The notes beneath the pieces were generated by a model that was given only the letters and a program-made list of their open reading frames with translations, searched no databases and was not told the origin of the DNA. Shown in pieces: positions 26,229-34,905 of a stretch of 64,000 nucleotides of DNA (its first letter is position 1; the number at the start of each line of letters is the position of its first letter). This stretch comes from an uncultured Gemmatimonadales bacterium (GTDB lineage: Bacteria; Gemmatimonadota; Gemmatimonadetes; Gemmatimonadales; GWC2-71-9). The DNA lies in NCBI GenBank assembly GCA_963779755.1, contig CAVZZO010000003.1:992001-1056000 (forward strand), read 5' to 3'. The position numbers were made by a program, and so were the translations under genes.

Positions 26229-28139
26229 ATGTCCTCCGACCCCGCTTCCCTCGACGGGTATGCGCAGCGGCTGGCCGTCGAAACCCCCGAGCACGTGGTG
26301 CTCGAGTACGAGATCGGCGGACTCGGCTCTCGCGTGCTGGCCGCGCTGGTCGACGGCTTCCTGCTTGGCTTGTGGCTGATCGCCCTGGCCCTGGTGCTGA
26401 AGCTCTTCGGCACCGCCATTCTCTGGACCGAAATCACGCTGGTGGTCGGGAGCTTCCTGTCGTTCTGGGGATACTTCTTCTTCTTCGAAGCCTTCCGCCA
26501 GGGGCAGACGCCGGGCAAGCGCTTCGCCGGCATTCGGGTCGTGGCCGATACCGGTCACCCCGCACGCGTCGGACCGGCGCTTATCCGCGGGCTGCTGCGC
26601 ATGCTGGATCTCTTCCCCCCCGTCCTGCTGCTCGATGCGGCCCTCATGGTGTTGCACCCGCGGGCCAAGCGGCTGGGCGACATGGTGGCGGGAACGATCG
26701 TGGTACGCGACCGGCCCGAAGCGGTACGTCCGGCTCCCACCACCCCGGAGGAGACGGCGGAAGCCGGCGCCCCCGAACTTCCGGAAGACGAGTTCCGGCT
26801 TCTCAGGGAGTTCACCCAGCGCGCCGCCACGCTGAATCCCGAGGCGCGGCAGCGCCTGGCCACCCGGCTGGAGGCCCGGTTCGCCGAGCGCTATCCGGCG
26901 CGGCCGCCCGACGCGCTGCAGTTTCTCGCCGAGCTCTATCAGGCGGAGCTGACTCGCCGCCGCGGACGCTTCGGCTTCGCCCAGCGAGGCGGCGGGCGAG
27001 CCGAGCGCTTCGTGGCACGGAAACAGGTGCGCTGGGACGAGTTTCAGCAGCAGGCAACCCGGGCCGCCAGCGAAGGGCTCGACAGCTTCAGCGCCGACGC
27101 GTTGCCTGAGTTCGCTGCCCGCTACCGGGAAATCACCGCCGACCTGGCACGCGCCCGTACCTACGGCGCCCCGGTCCCCGTGGTCCAGCGGCTCGAGCGA
27201 CTCGCCGCCGCGGGGCACAACGCGCTCTACCGGGACGAGCGGACGACCGCAAGACGGATCTGGCGGGTACTCATGCGCGAATGTCCTGCCGCCGTGGTCC
27301 AGGCGCGCCGCGCCGTGCTGGTGGCCGCTCTCGCGTTCGGCGGGCCCATGTTGGCCGGCTATTTGCTGATACGCGACCGACCCGGGCTCGCTGGGGAAGT
27401 CCTCCCGGACGGCCTGCTGCGCCGCGCCGAGGCCGGGCGTACCCGGCGCGCGCAGGGACTGGGGTATTACGAAGCCAGCAGGGGGGAGCGCCCGCTAGCG
27501 GCAGCGTTCATCATCACCAACAACGTGAAAGTGGCCTTCGTCTGCTTTGCCGGAGGGGTCTTCGCGGGGGTAGGCTCGCTCTTCCTGCTGTTCTGGAACG
27601 GGCTCTCCATCGGCACCACCTTCGGCCATTTCGCCAACATGGGCCTCTTTTCCTATATCGGTCTCTTCACCCTGGCCCATGGCGCGCTCGAACTCTTTGC
27701 CATCACCGTGGCGGGCGCCGCCGGCCTGTTACTCGGGCTGGCGGTCGTGGCGCCGGGGCGCTGGCGCCGCGGCGACGCGCTGGTCATTCAGGGGCGGGTC
27801 GCGGTGCGCATGGTGGGCGCCGTGGTCGTGATGCTGGCGGTGGCGGGCACGATCGAGGGGTTCGTCTCCACCGGCGGGGGCGGCGTGGCCTACCGGGCCG
27901 CCATGAGTCTCTCGAGTCTGGCGTTTCTCGCGCTCTATCTTGCGAACGGATGGCGCTATCTGCGCCAGCACCGGAGGAGGGTCGCCGCAGGGCCTCAGCG
28001 GAGCCGGCCTGGCCTGAACCCCGCCAGGGCGCGCCGCCCGGGCCAGATCCAGCCGGGGGTGCACCCGGCCCCGCGCGCGGCCCGCCCGCGGGCGGGCCGC
28101 CGGAACCGGCAGAGACGGTGCCGCCGCCGCACTCCCTAG
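26229..28139 (+). CDS. RDD family / SpoIIM-like (DUF95) fusion membrane protein
   Basis: RVLAALVD, GQTPGKR, KRLGDMVAGT (RDD); YREITADLARART, NNVKVAF, HGALEL (SpoIIM-like). Confidence 0.85.
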   Translation: MSSDPASLDGYAQRLAVETPEHVVLEYEIGGLGSRVLAALVDGFLLGLWLIALALVLKLFGTAILWTEITLVVGSFLSFWGYFFFFEAFRQGQTPGKRFAGIRVVADTGHPARVGPALIRGLLRMLDLFPPVLLLDAALMVLHPRAKRLGDMVAGTIVVRDRPEAVRPAPTTPEETAEAGAPELPEDEFRLLREFTQRAATLNPEARQRLATRLEARFAERYPARPPDALQFLAELYQAELTRRRGRFGFAQRGGGRAERFVARKQVRWDEFQQQATRAASEGLDSFSADALPEFAARYREITADLARARTYGAPVPVVQRLERLAAAGHNALYRDERTTARRIWRVLMRECPAAVVQARRAVLVAALAFGGPMLAGYLLIRDRPGLAGEVLPDGLLRRAEAGRTRRAQGLGYYEASRGERPLAAAFIITNNVKVAFVCFAGGVFAGVGSLFLLFWNGLSIGTTFGHFANMGLFSYIGLFTLAHGALELFAITVAGAAGLLLGLAVVAPGRWRRGDALVIQGRVAVRMVGAVVVMLAVAGTIEGFVSTGGGGVAYRAAMSLSSLAFLALYLANGWRYLRQHRRRVAAGPQRSRPGLNPARARRPGQIQPGVHPAPRAARPRAGRRNRQRRCRRRTP

Positions 28140-28318
28140 TTGTCCCGAAGGATGGTGCGCATTCGCACCGCGAGCGCTTCGATCTCCCGGAGGCTGGCGA
28201 CGGTTTCGGCGTCGAGCTGCGCCTCGTTCAGGAGCAGAAGCTGGGTTTCGGCCAGCAGGGCCGATAAGGGGTTGGCGAGGTCGTGCCGAAGCTTGCTGAG
28301 GCGTTCGCCCTCGGTCAT
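28136..28318 (-). CDS. Stand-alone histidine kinase dimerisation/phosphoacceptor (HisKA) microprotein, 60 aa
   Basis: MTEGERLSKLRHDLANPLSALLAETQLL: H-box followed by a two-helix pattern. Confidence 0.7.
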   Translation of the reverse strand: MTEGERLSKLRHDLANPLSALLAETQLLLLNEAQLDAETVASLREIEALAVRMRTILRDN

Positions 28319-28328
28319 ACGCCCCCGG

Positions 28329-28613
28329 CTAGAGAAGGGATCGGTAGAGATCGCGCAGGTGATGCTCGCGCAGATCGTGCACCGCCTGCCAGAGATCCTG
28401 CTGGGAGGCTCCCCGGAGGATCTCGGCCGTCTCGCGCTCCGGCGCGTCGTCCGAGGCGGCGAACAGCAGCCGGCCACGCCACATGCCATCGTCCGTCTGG
28501 CGCAGGCTCAGACGGGTCAGGATGGTCATGCCTTCGTAGCGAATGGGGGAAAGCTCGTGAATGACAGGTTCGCGAGGATCGTGCGGATGGTGCCGGAGCG
28601 TCTGAACCGTCAT
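28329..28613 (-). CDS. Hypothetical protein, 94 aa
   Basis: GAGG RBS upstream of the ATG, protein-like composition, ends 10 bp before the HisKA gene. Confidence 0.65.
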   Translation of the reverse strand: MTVQTLRHHPHDPREPVIHELSPIRYEGMTILTRLSLRQTDDGMWRGRLLFAASDDAPERETAEILRGASQQDLWQAVHDLREHHLRDLYRSLL

Positions 28614-28697
28614 GCGCTTCCTCGGTGACGGGATTCGGGCGGATCGCCCCTGAATCGGCTGAAGATAAGATACAACACAGAGTTAGGAGCGCAATAC

Positions 28698-28861
28698 TAG
28701 TCGTTAGTCGTTAGTCGTTAGTCGTTAGTCGTTAGTCGCTGGTCGCTGGTCGCTGGTCGCTGGTCGCTGGTCGCTGCGACGGTGCGTGGCACGAAGCCCC
28801 GGTCAAAGCCCGGGAGGTATGGTCGAGTGACAAGTGACTAGCGACTAATGACTAACGACTA
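28698..28861. repeat. Inverted pair of heptamer tandem repeats
   Basis: (tagtcgt)5-tagtcgc-(tggtcgc)5 at 28698-28774, facing gtgacaa-gtgacta-gcgacta-atgacta-acgacta at 28827-28861. Confidence 0.9.
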
Positions 28862-29988
28862 AATCACAAACGGCACCGGCACAAACGTCAGCACGAACAC
28901 CGCGATGCAGAGCCAGCCGACCAGGAACCGGCTCCGGGGGACCGTGCGCGCGGGAGCCATCACGGAGGGATGGGTCCAGCGTCCGCCACCCACCAGCAGC
29001 GCCAGCACCACCCAGACGTACCAGCTCCACTGCAGCTGGGCCAGGAGAATCAGCGCCACGATGGTGAGGAAGCCCACGGCGGACTGCCGGCGCCCCAGCA
29101 AACCATAGAGCACATGGCCGCCGTCCAGCTGGCTCAGCGGCAGCAGATTGAGCCCGGTGACGAACATCCCCACCCAGCCGGCGAAGGCCGGCAGACTGAG
29201 ATGCACCGCCTCGGCCCCGGGAAAGAAATGGTCCCGGAAGAGGGAGGTCAGCAGCGAATCGCCCAGCGCCAGCGGATGCCCGGCGAACATGACGAAGGTC
29301 CGGGAGGTCGTCACATCGAGAGGCACGCTGCGGGAGACGGCATAGCCCCAGACCATCACCAGCAGCGCGACGACGAAGCCGGCCAGCGGCCCCGCGGCCC
29401 CCACGTCGAGCAGCTGGCGCCGGTCGAGCACCGGGGAGCGCAGTCGGATGAACGCCCCCAGGCTGCCGATAGGCGACAGCGTCGGCGGGAAGGGCAGGAA
29501 CCAGGGGGGGAGACGTCGATGGCATAGCGCCGGGCCGCGAAATAGTGGCCCAGCTCGTGAATCAGCAGGATACCCAGCAGCGGGGCGGCGAACGACCAGC
29601 CGGGAATGAGATTGCGCCAGCCGCCATGCCAGGACGTGATGAAAAACTGGACGGCCGGGTGCAGGACGTCATAGGGGCCAAAGCCGCTGGCGGGGGCCCA
29701 GGTGCCGCCCAGGGCGGCCCCGGCGCCCAGGGTGCAGAGGACCGTCAGGGCCATGAGGACCAGGTGCAGCAGCCAGCGCTCGGTCCGGGGCGTGCCGGTC
29801 TGGCGGATGAGAATCAGGTGCCCGTGGGCCGGGTCGGGCCAGTAGTACTTGCCCCGCCAGCGGCCCAGCGCCGCCCGCAGCTCCGGTGACGGACCCCGGT
29901 GCTCAGGCGCCACAATCGCGTCAATGATTTCACGGGAGCCGGCGGGGACGATACGCCAGGCGGAGAAGGCGGATATGAGTTCGTTCAC
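28859..29988 (-). pseudogene. Site-2 (M50) zinc metalloprotease split by a 1-nt frameshift in a G7 run (possible sequencing error)
   Basis: HELGH lies in the upstream ORF and NLLPLSQLDGGH in the downstream ORF. One extra base at 29504-29510 restores IDVSPPWFLPFPPTLSPIGSLGAFIRLRSP. Confidence 0.85.
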
Positions 29989-30187
29989 GCTGGCCCTTGA
30001 CGGGGTTCCGGGGAAAATCTATGATTGAGCGCTTCCTCAGACCTTGGCATCTCCCCGACACTATCGCCCCGGCCCAACCCGACCCCGGGCAAACGAATAT
30101 CCGGCCCTCTCCAGATCATTCTCTTCCTGTCGCGGGACGCCCATACGGGCGCGACCGTTGGCCCCTCCTCGATGGAGCCTGTTCTCC

Positions 30188-31435
30188 GTGGATATCGCTG
30201 AACTGAAGCAGAAATCCGTAGCGGAACTGCACGCCCTGGCCGAGCAGTTGAACATCACCAACTACAGCGGCCTTCGCAAGCAGGATCTCATCTTCCGCAT
30301 CGAGCAGTCCCTGCTCGATGCCGACACCGTCATTCGGGGGGAGGGGGTGCTGGAAATCCTCCCCGAAGGCTACGGTTTCCTCCGCAGCCAGGACTGGAAC
30401 TACCTCTACGGTCCCGACGACATCTACGTCAGCCCCAGCCAGATCAAGCGGTTCGATCTGCGCACCGGCGACACCGTGAGCGGGCAGGTCCGCCCCCCCA
30501 AGGAGGGCGAGCGCTACCTGGCCCTGCTCAAGGTCGAGAGCGTCAACTTCGAGGAGCCGGAGAAGACCAAGCACCGGATCGCCTTCGACAACCTCAAGCC
30601 CCGCTACCCCGATCAGCGCATCCGCCTGGAGCGCAAGACGGGCGACCTCTCCATGCGGGTGGTGGACCTGCTCTCGCCCATCGGCAAGGGACAGCGCGGG
30701 CTCATCGTGGCCCCGCCCAAGGCCGGCAAGACCATCCTGCTGCAGAAGCTGGCCAACGCCATCAGCGAGAACCATCCCGAGATCGTCCTCATCGTGCTGC
30801 TGATCGACGAACGGCCCGAAGAGGTCACCGACATGCAGGAGAACGTAGAGGCCGAAGTCATCGCCTCGACCTTCGACGAGCCGGCCGACCGCCACGTGCA
30901 GGTGGCCGACATGGTCATCGAGAAATCCAAGCGGCTGGTGGAGCACGGCCGGGATGTCGTCATCCTGCTGGACTCCATCACCCGGCTGGCCCGGGCCCAC
31001 AACGTCGTGGTCCCCCATTCGGGCAAGATCCTCTCCGGCGGCGTGGACGCCAACGCGCTGCAGAAGCCCAAGCGCTTCTTCGGGGCCGCCCGCAATATCG
31101 ACGGCGGCGGCAGCCTCACCATCATCGCCACCGCCCTCATCGACACCGGCAGCCGCATGGACGAGGTGATCTTCGAGGAGTTCAAGGGTACCGGCAACAT
31201 GGAGCTGGTGCTGGACCGGCGCCTGGCCGACCGCCGCATCTACCCCGCCATCGATATTCAGCGGACCAGCACCCGGAAGGAAGAGCTCCTCATGGACAAG
31301 GACGAGCTCAACCGGGTCTACCTCCTGCGCAACTTCCTGGCCGACATGCCGCCGGTCGAGGCGCTCGAATTCCTGCTGGAGCGGATGAAGCGCACCAAGA
31401 ACAACAAGGAGTTCTTCGCGACGATGGCGCAGTGA
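30188..31435 (+). CDS. rho: Transcription termination factor Rho
   Basis: [51 protein letters not shown] start at 30188. Confidence 0.98.
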   Translation: MDIAELKQKSVAELHALAEQLNITNYSGLRKQDLIFRIEQSLLDADTVIRGEGVLEILPEGYGFLRSQDWNYLYGPDDIYVSPSQIKRFDLRTGDTVSGQVRPPKEGERYLALLKVESVNFEEPEKTKHRIAFDNLKPRYPDQRIRLERKTGDLSMRVVDLLSPIGKGQRGLIVAPPKAGKTILLQKLANAISENHPEIVLIVLLIDERPEEVTDMQENVEAEVIASTFDEPADRHVQVADMVIEKSKRLVEHGRDVVILLDSITRLARAHNVVVPHSGKILSGGVDANALQKPKRFFGAARNIDGGGSLTIIATALIDTGSRMDEVIFEEFKGTGNMELVLDRRLADRRIYPAIDIQRTSTRKEELLMDKDELNRVYLLRNFLADMPPVEALEFLLERMKRTKNNKEFFATMAQ

Positions 31436-31437
31436 CG

Positions 31438-31514
31438 GCGAGCGGTAAGCGGTGAACGGGCCCTCCCGGATGCCCCCTCACGCGCCCGCTCACCGCTCAC
31501 TGCTCACCGCTTAC
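31438..31514. repeat. Inverted pair of GTGAGCG-family heptamer repeats
   Basis: gcgagcg-gtaagcg-gtgaacg facing cgctcac-cgctcac-tgctcac-cgcttac. Confidence 0.8.
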
Positions 31515-31523
31515 CTTCCAGGA

Positions 31524-31982
31524 ATGTCGGATCTCCTCCCGCCCACCGGCCGGCTCATCGCCCTCGACTGGGGCGAACGGCGCATCGGCATCGCCCTCTC
31601 CGATGAATCACAGCTCCTGGCCCGGCCGCTCGATACCCTGGTGCGCCGCGCCGGTAAGCGGTTTCCGCTGCGCCGGTTCCTGGAACTGGTGGAAGAGCAC
31701 CAGCCGGTGGGGGTGGTCGTAGGGCTCCCCCTGACGCCCGAGGGCGGCGAGGGCACCAGCGCGGGCGCCGCGCGGGAATTGGCCCGCCAGGTGGAAGGGG
31801 CCACCAGGCTCCCGCTCCTGCTCTGGGACGAACGCCTGAGCACCGTCCGCGCCCTGAAGACGGTGCGGGAACAGGGCGGCAGCACCCGCGGCCGCCGGGA
31901 AGAGGTCGACGCGCTGGCCGCCTCGATCCTGCTGCAGCACGTGCTCGACGCGCGCCGCCACGGCATTACCTCCAGTCTCTGA
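31524..31982 (+). CDS. ruvX: Holliday-junction-resolvase-like / pre-16S rRNA nuclease YqgF
   Basis: LIALDWGERRIGIALSD, VVGLP, WDERLST, VDALAASILLQ; directly upstream of mltG. Confidence 0.93.
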   Translation: MSDLLPPTGRLIALDWGERRIGIALSDESQLLARPLDTLVRRAGKRFPLRRFLELVEEHQPVGVVVGLPLTPEGGEGTSAGAARELARQVEGATRLPLLLWDERLSTVRALKTVREQGGSTRGRREEVDALAASILLQHVLDARRHGITSSL

Positions 31983-32998
31983 TGCGACGCCTCCGAACGG
32001 CGGTCCTCACCGCCCTCTGCCTGCTGACCGCCTGCGGCCGACCCTCCCCCGGCCCGGCGGAACGCGTCCTGGTACCGCCCGGGGCCAGCTTCAGCAATGT
32101 CACCGACTCGCTCGTCCGCCACGGGGTGGTGGAGCACCGGCTCTGGTTCAAGCTGCTTGCCCGGCTGCGCCGGGTAGACCGCTCGGTCAAGGCGGGGGTG
32201 TATGAATTCCCGCAGCATGCCTCCGCCTGGGAGGTGCTGAGCAAACTCGAGCAGGGCGACGTGCTGGCCCAGCGATTCACCGTCCCGGAGGGCCTCTCCG
32301 TCCGGGAACTGGCCGGCCTGGCCGCGACCGAGCTGGGAATCCCGGCCGACTCGGTGATCGCCGCCGCGCACGACCCCACCGTTCCGGCCGAGCTCGGTTT
32401 GCCGGGCCCCACCATGGAGGGGTTCCTCCTGCCCAACACCTATCAGCTGCCGGCCGACGTGACGGGCCGCGAGCTGGTGCACATCATGGGTCGCACCTTC
32501 CTGGAGCAGTGGAAGCCGGCGTGGACCCGGCGACTGGACACCCTGGGCCTGAGCCTGCGACAGCTGGTGACGCTGGCATCCATCGTGGAGGGCGAGGCGG
32601 CGGTCGACTCGGAGCGGGAGGTGATCGCCGGCGTCTACCACAACCGCCTGCAGCTCGGCATGCCGCTGCAGGCCGACCCGACGGTCATCTACGCCATCGA
32701 GCTGCAGACCGGTGAGCGCAAGGCGAGGCTCTTCCTCAAGGACTACCAGTTCCCCTCCATCTACAACACCTACCTCCATCCCGGCCTGCCCCCGGGCCCC
32801 ATCAGCTCACCCGGCCTGCGCAGCATCGAGGCCGCGCTGTATCCCGACAGCGTCCCCTGGCTCTACTTCGTCGCCCGCCCCGACGGATCCCACGCCTTCA
32901 GCCGCAGTTACGAAGAACACCTGGCGCAGATCGCGCGCTCCCAGCGACTGCGGCGGGAGTTGAAGAACGGCACAGAACCGAAGGGAGACAAGAGATGA
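31982..32998 (+). CDS. mltG: Endolytic transglycosylase MltG
   Basis: TVPEG, EGFLLPNTY, LASIVEGE, YHNRL, LQADPTV, YNTY..PGLPPGPI, LYFVA. Confidence 0.95.
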   Translation: MRRLRTAVLTALCLLTACGRPSPGPAERVLVPPGASFSNVTDSLVRHGVVEHRLWFKLLARLRRVDRSVKAGVYEFPQHASAWEVLSKLEQGDVLAQRFTVPEGLSVRELAGLAATELGIPADSVIAAAHDPTVPAELGLPGPTMEGFLLPNTYQLPADVTGRELVHIMGRTFLEQWKPAWTRRLDTLGLSLRQLVTLASIVEGEAAVDSEREVIAGVYHNRLQLGMPLQADPTVIYAIELQTGERKARLFLKDYQFPSIYNTYLHPGLPPGPISSPGLRSIEAALYPDSVPWLYFVARPDGSHAFSRSYEEHLAQIARSQRLRRELKNGTEPKGDKR

Positions 32999-34185
32999 GA
33001 AAAGAGGAAAGGACTGAGGACTGAGTGGGACGGCAAGGCGGCAGGACGGCAAGGCGGCAGGACGGCAAGACGGCAAGACGGCAAGAGCGAGCCCGAACCC
33101 GATGCCTCCCGGAGCGCGCGTCAGGAGCGCCCGCCGGTGGATGGGGATCTGATCGCCGCGAAGCGATCCGTCGGCGCGCGGAGGGAGGCTCGGCGAGGGC
33201 GAGCCGAACGAGGCCTGAGGACTGAGCGGACAGCGAAGTGGCGGGCCCGAAGCCGATGCCTCCCGCAGCGCGCGTCAGGAGCGCCCGCCGGTGGATGGGG
33301 ATCTGATCGCCACGAAGCGATCCGTCGGCGCGCGGAGGGAGGCTCGGCGAGGGCGAGCCGAACGAGGCCTGAGGACTGAGCGGACGGCAAGAGCGAGCCC
33401 GAACCCGATGCCTCCCGCAGCGCGCGTCAGGAGCGCCCGCCGGTGGATGGGGATCTGATCGCCGCGAAGCGATCCGTCGGCGCGCGGAGGGAGGCTCGGC
33501 GAGGGCGAAGCAAGAGAGAAAAGGGGACCGAAAGAGGAAAGGACTGAGTGGGACGGCAAGGCGGCAGGACGGCAGGACGGCAAGCGCGAGCCCGAAGCCG
33601 ATGCCTCCCGCAGCGCGCGTCAGGAGCGCCCACCGGTGGATGGGGATCCGGTCGCCGCGAAGCGATCCGTCGGCGCGCGGAGGGAGGCTCGGCGAGGGCG
33701 GAGCAAGAGAGAAATGGGGCCCGAAAGAGGAAAGGACCGAGTGGGACGGCAAGGCGGCAGAACGGCAAGGCGGCAGGACGGCAGGACGGCAAGGGCGAGC
33801 CGAACGAGGCCTGAGGACTGAGCGGACGGCGAAGTGGCGAGCCCGAAGCCGATGCCTCCCGGAGCGCGCGTCAGGAGCGCCCGCCGGTGGATGGGGATCT
33901 GATCGCCGCGAAGCGATCCGTCGGCGCGCGGAGGGAGGCTCGGCGAGGGCGAGCCGAACGAGGCCTGAGGACTGAGCGGACAGCGAAGTGGCGGGCCCGA
34001 AGCCGATGCCTCCCGGAGCGCGCGTCAGGAGCGCCCGCCAGTGGATGGGGATCTGATCGCCGCGAAGCGATCCGTCGGCGCGCGGAGGGAGGCTCGGCGA
34101 GGGCGAGCCGAACGAGGCCTGAGGACTAAGCGGACGGCGAGGGCGAGCCCCGAAAAGGCAAAGAGAAAAGGACCGGGAACTGAGT
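32990..34185 (+). repeat. Array of six direct copies of a 111-bp self-complementary unit with reused linkers
   Basis: Cores start at 33091, 33245, 33397, 33590, 33841 and 33995 (gcccgaa[g/c]ccgatgcctcccg[g/c]agcgcgcgtcaggagcgccc...ggagggaggctcggcgagggcg) and differ by only a few substitutions. Confidence 0.95.
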
Positions 34186-34191
34186 ACTCGC

Positions 34192-34815
34192 CTAGCGGAA
34201 CCCGGCCGCATACGCCGCAGCGGCCTGCTCCACCCCGCTCTCCCCCCCCAGAATCCCCGATACGACAGCAACTCCACATGCGCCCGCCCGCAGCACAGCC
34301 GGCACGTCATCGGGCCGGATACCACCAATCGCCACGCAGGGATGCCCGGCGCTCTCCCGCACGACGGCAGCCAGACCCTCCGGACCCAGAGCCGCCCCGG
34401 CATCCGCCTTGGTGGTGGTGACACGGTACGGGCCTACGCCCCAGTAGTCGGCCTCCACGCCGCCCGGTATTTCGTCGGGGCCGCCCACGCTGGCACCCAG
34501 CAGGAAACCCGCGGGAACCACCGACCGTGCCAGCCGGACCGGCAGATCGTCGGGCCCGAGATGCACGCCGTCGGCACCCGCGGCCAGGGCGACATCCACC
34601 CGGTCGTTGATGAACAACGGCACCGGCAATGCCTCCCTCAGGGTTCTGGCCAGCGTGCACAGATCGCGCGGTGTCGCCTGCTTGAGCCGCAGCTGCACCG
34701 CCGTGACGCCGCCCCGGACCGCGGCCCGGCAGAGATCCGGCAGATCGCGACCCCCGACCAGCGCATCGTCGGTGACCAGAACCAGACGCAGCATCCCCGC
34801 TACATTTCCGCCCAT
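34192..34815 (-). CDS. thiE: Thiamine phosphate synthase
   Basis: VQLRLK, INDRVDVA, DGVHLGPDD, GAS, TTTKAD, VAIGGI, GVAVVSGI. Confidence 0.92.
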   Translation of the reverse strand: MGGNVAGMLRLVLVTDDALVGGRDLPDLCRAAVRGGVTAVQLRLKQATPRDLCTLARTLREALPVPLFINDRVDVALAAGADGVHLGPDDLPVRLARSVVPAGFLLGASVGGPDEIPGGVEADYWGVGPYRVTTTKADAGAALGPEGLAAVVRESAGHPCVAIGGIRPDDVPAVLRAGACGVAVVSGILGGESGVEQAAAAYAAGFR

Positions 34816-34905
34816 GATGGAGCCTGCCCCCCGGGAAACGACGGACGCAACCCCCCGCTGCGTCACCGGTGACGCCGGCCGGCTGCGCCGGCGAGGTGCC
34901 CGCGG

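Noticed and set aside
27960..28139. Arg/Pro-rich tail of the RDD-SpoIIM fusion as a second frameshift
   Set aside because: An alternative frame is also low-complexity and the conserved domain is already complete, so this cannot be distinguished from a variable tail.
33213..33240. Hammerhead-ribozyme-like CTGAGGA...CGAAG in linker A
   Set aside because: CUGANGA is present, but GAAA is GAAG, the pair closing stem II is wrong, and I could not find stems I and III. A GAGGACT heptamer duplication explains the motif more simply.
33091..34105. CRISPR array interpretation of the six-copy repeat
   Set aside because: The 111-bp unit is far longer than CRISPR repeats, the linkers are reused rather than unique, and there are no cas genes in the window.
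33091..34105. Integron attC cassette array
   Set aside because: No RYYYAAC/GTTRRRY ends, no cassette ORFs and no integrase.
32898..34424. 508-aa minus-strand ORF spanning the array
   Set aside because: The repeat periods are not multiples of three, so the same DNA is read in changing frames. The ORF overlaps mltG and thiE, and the lack of stops follows from base composition.
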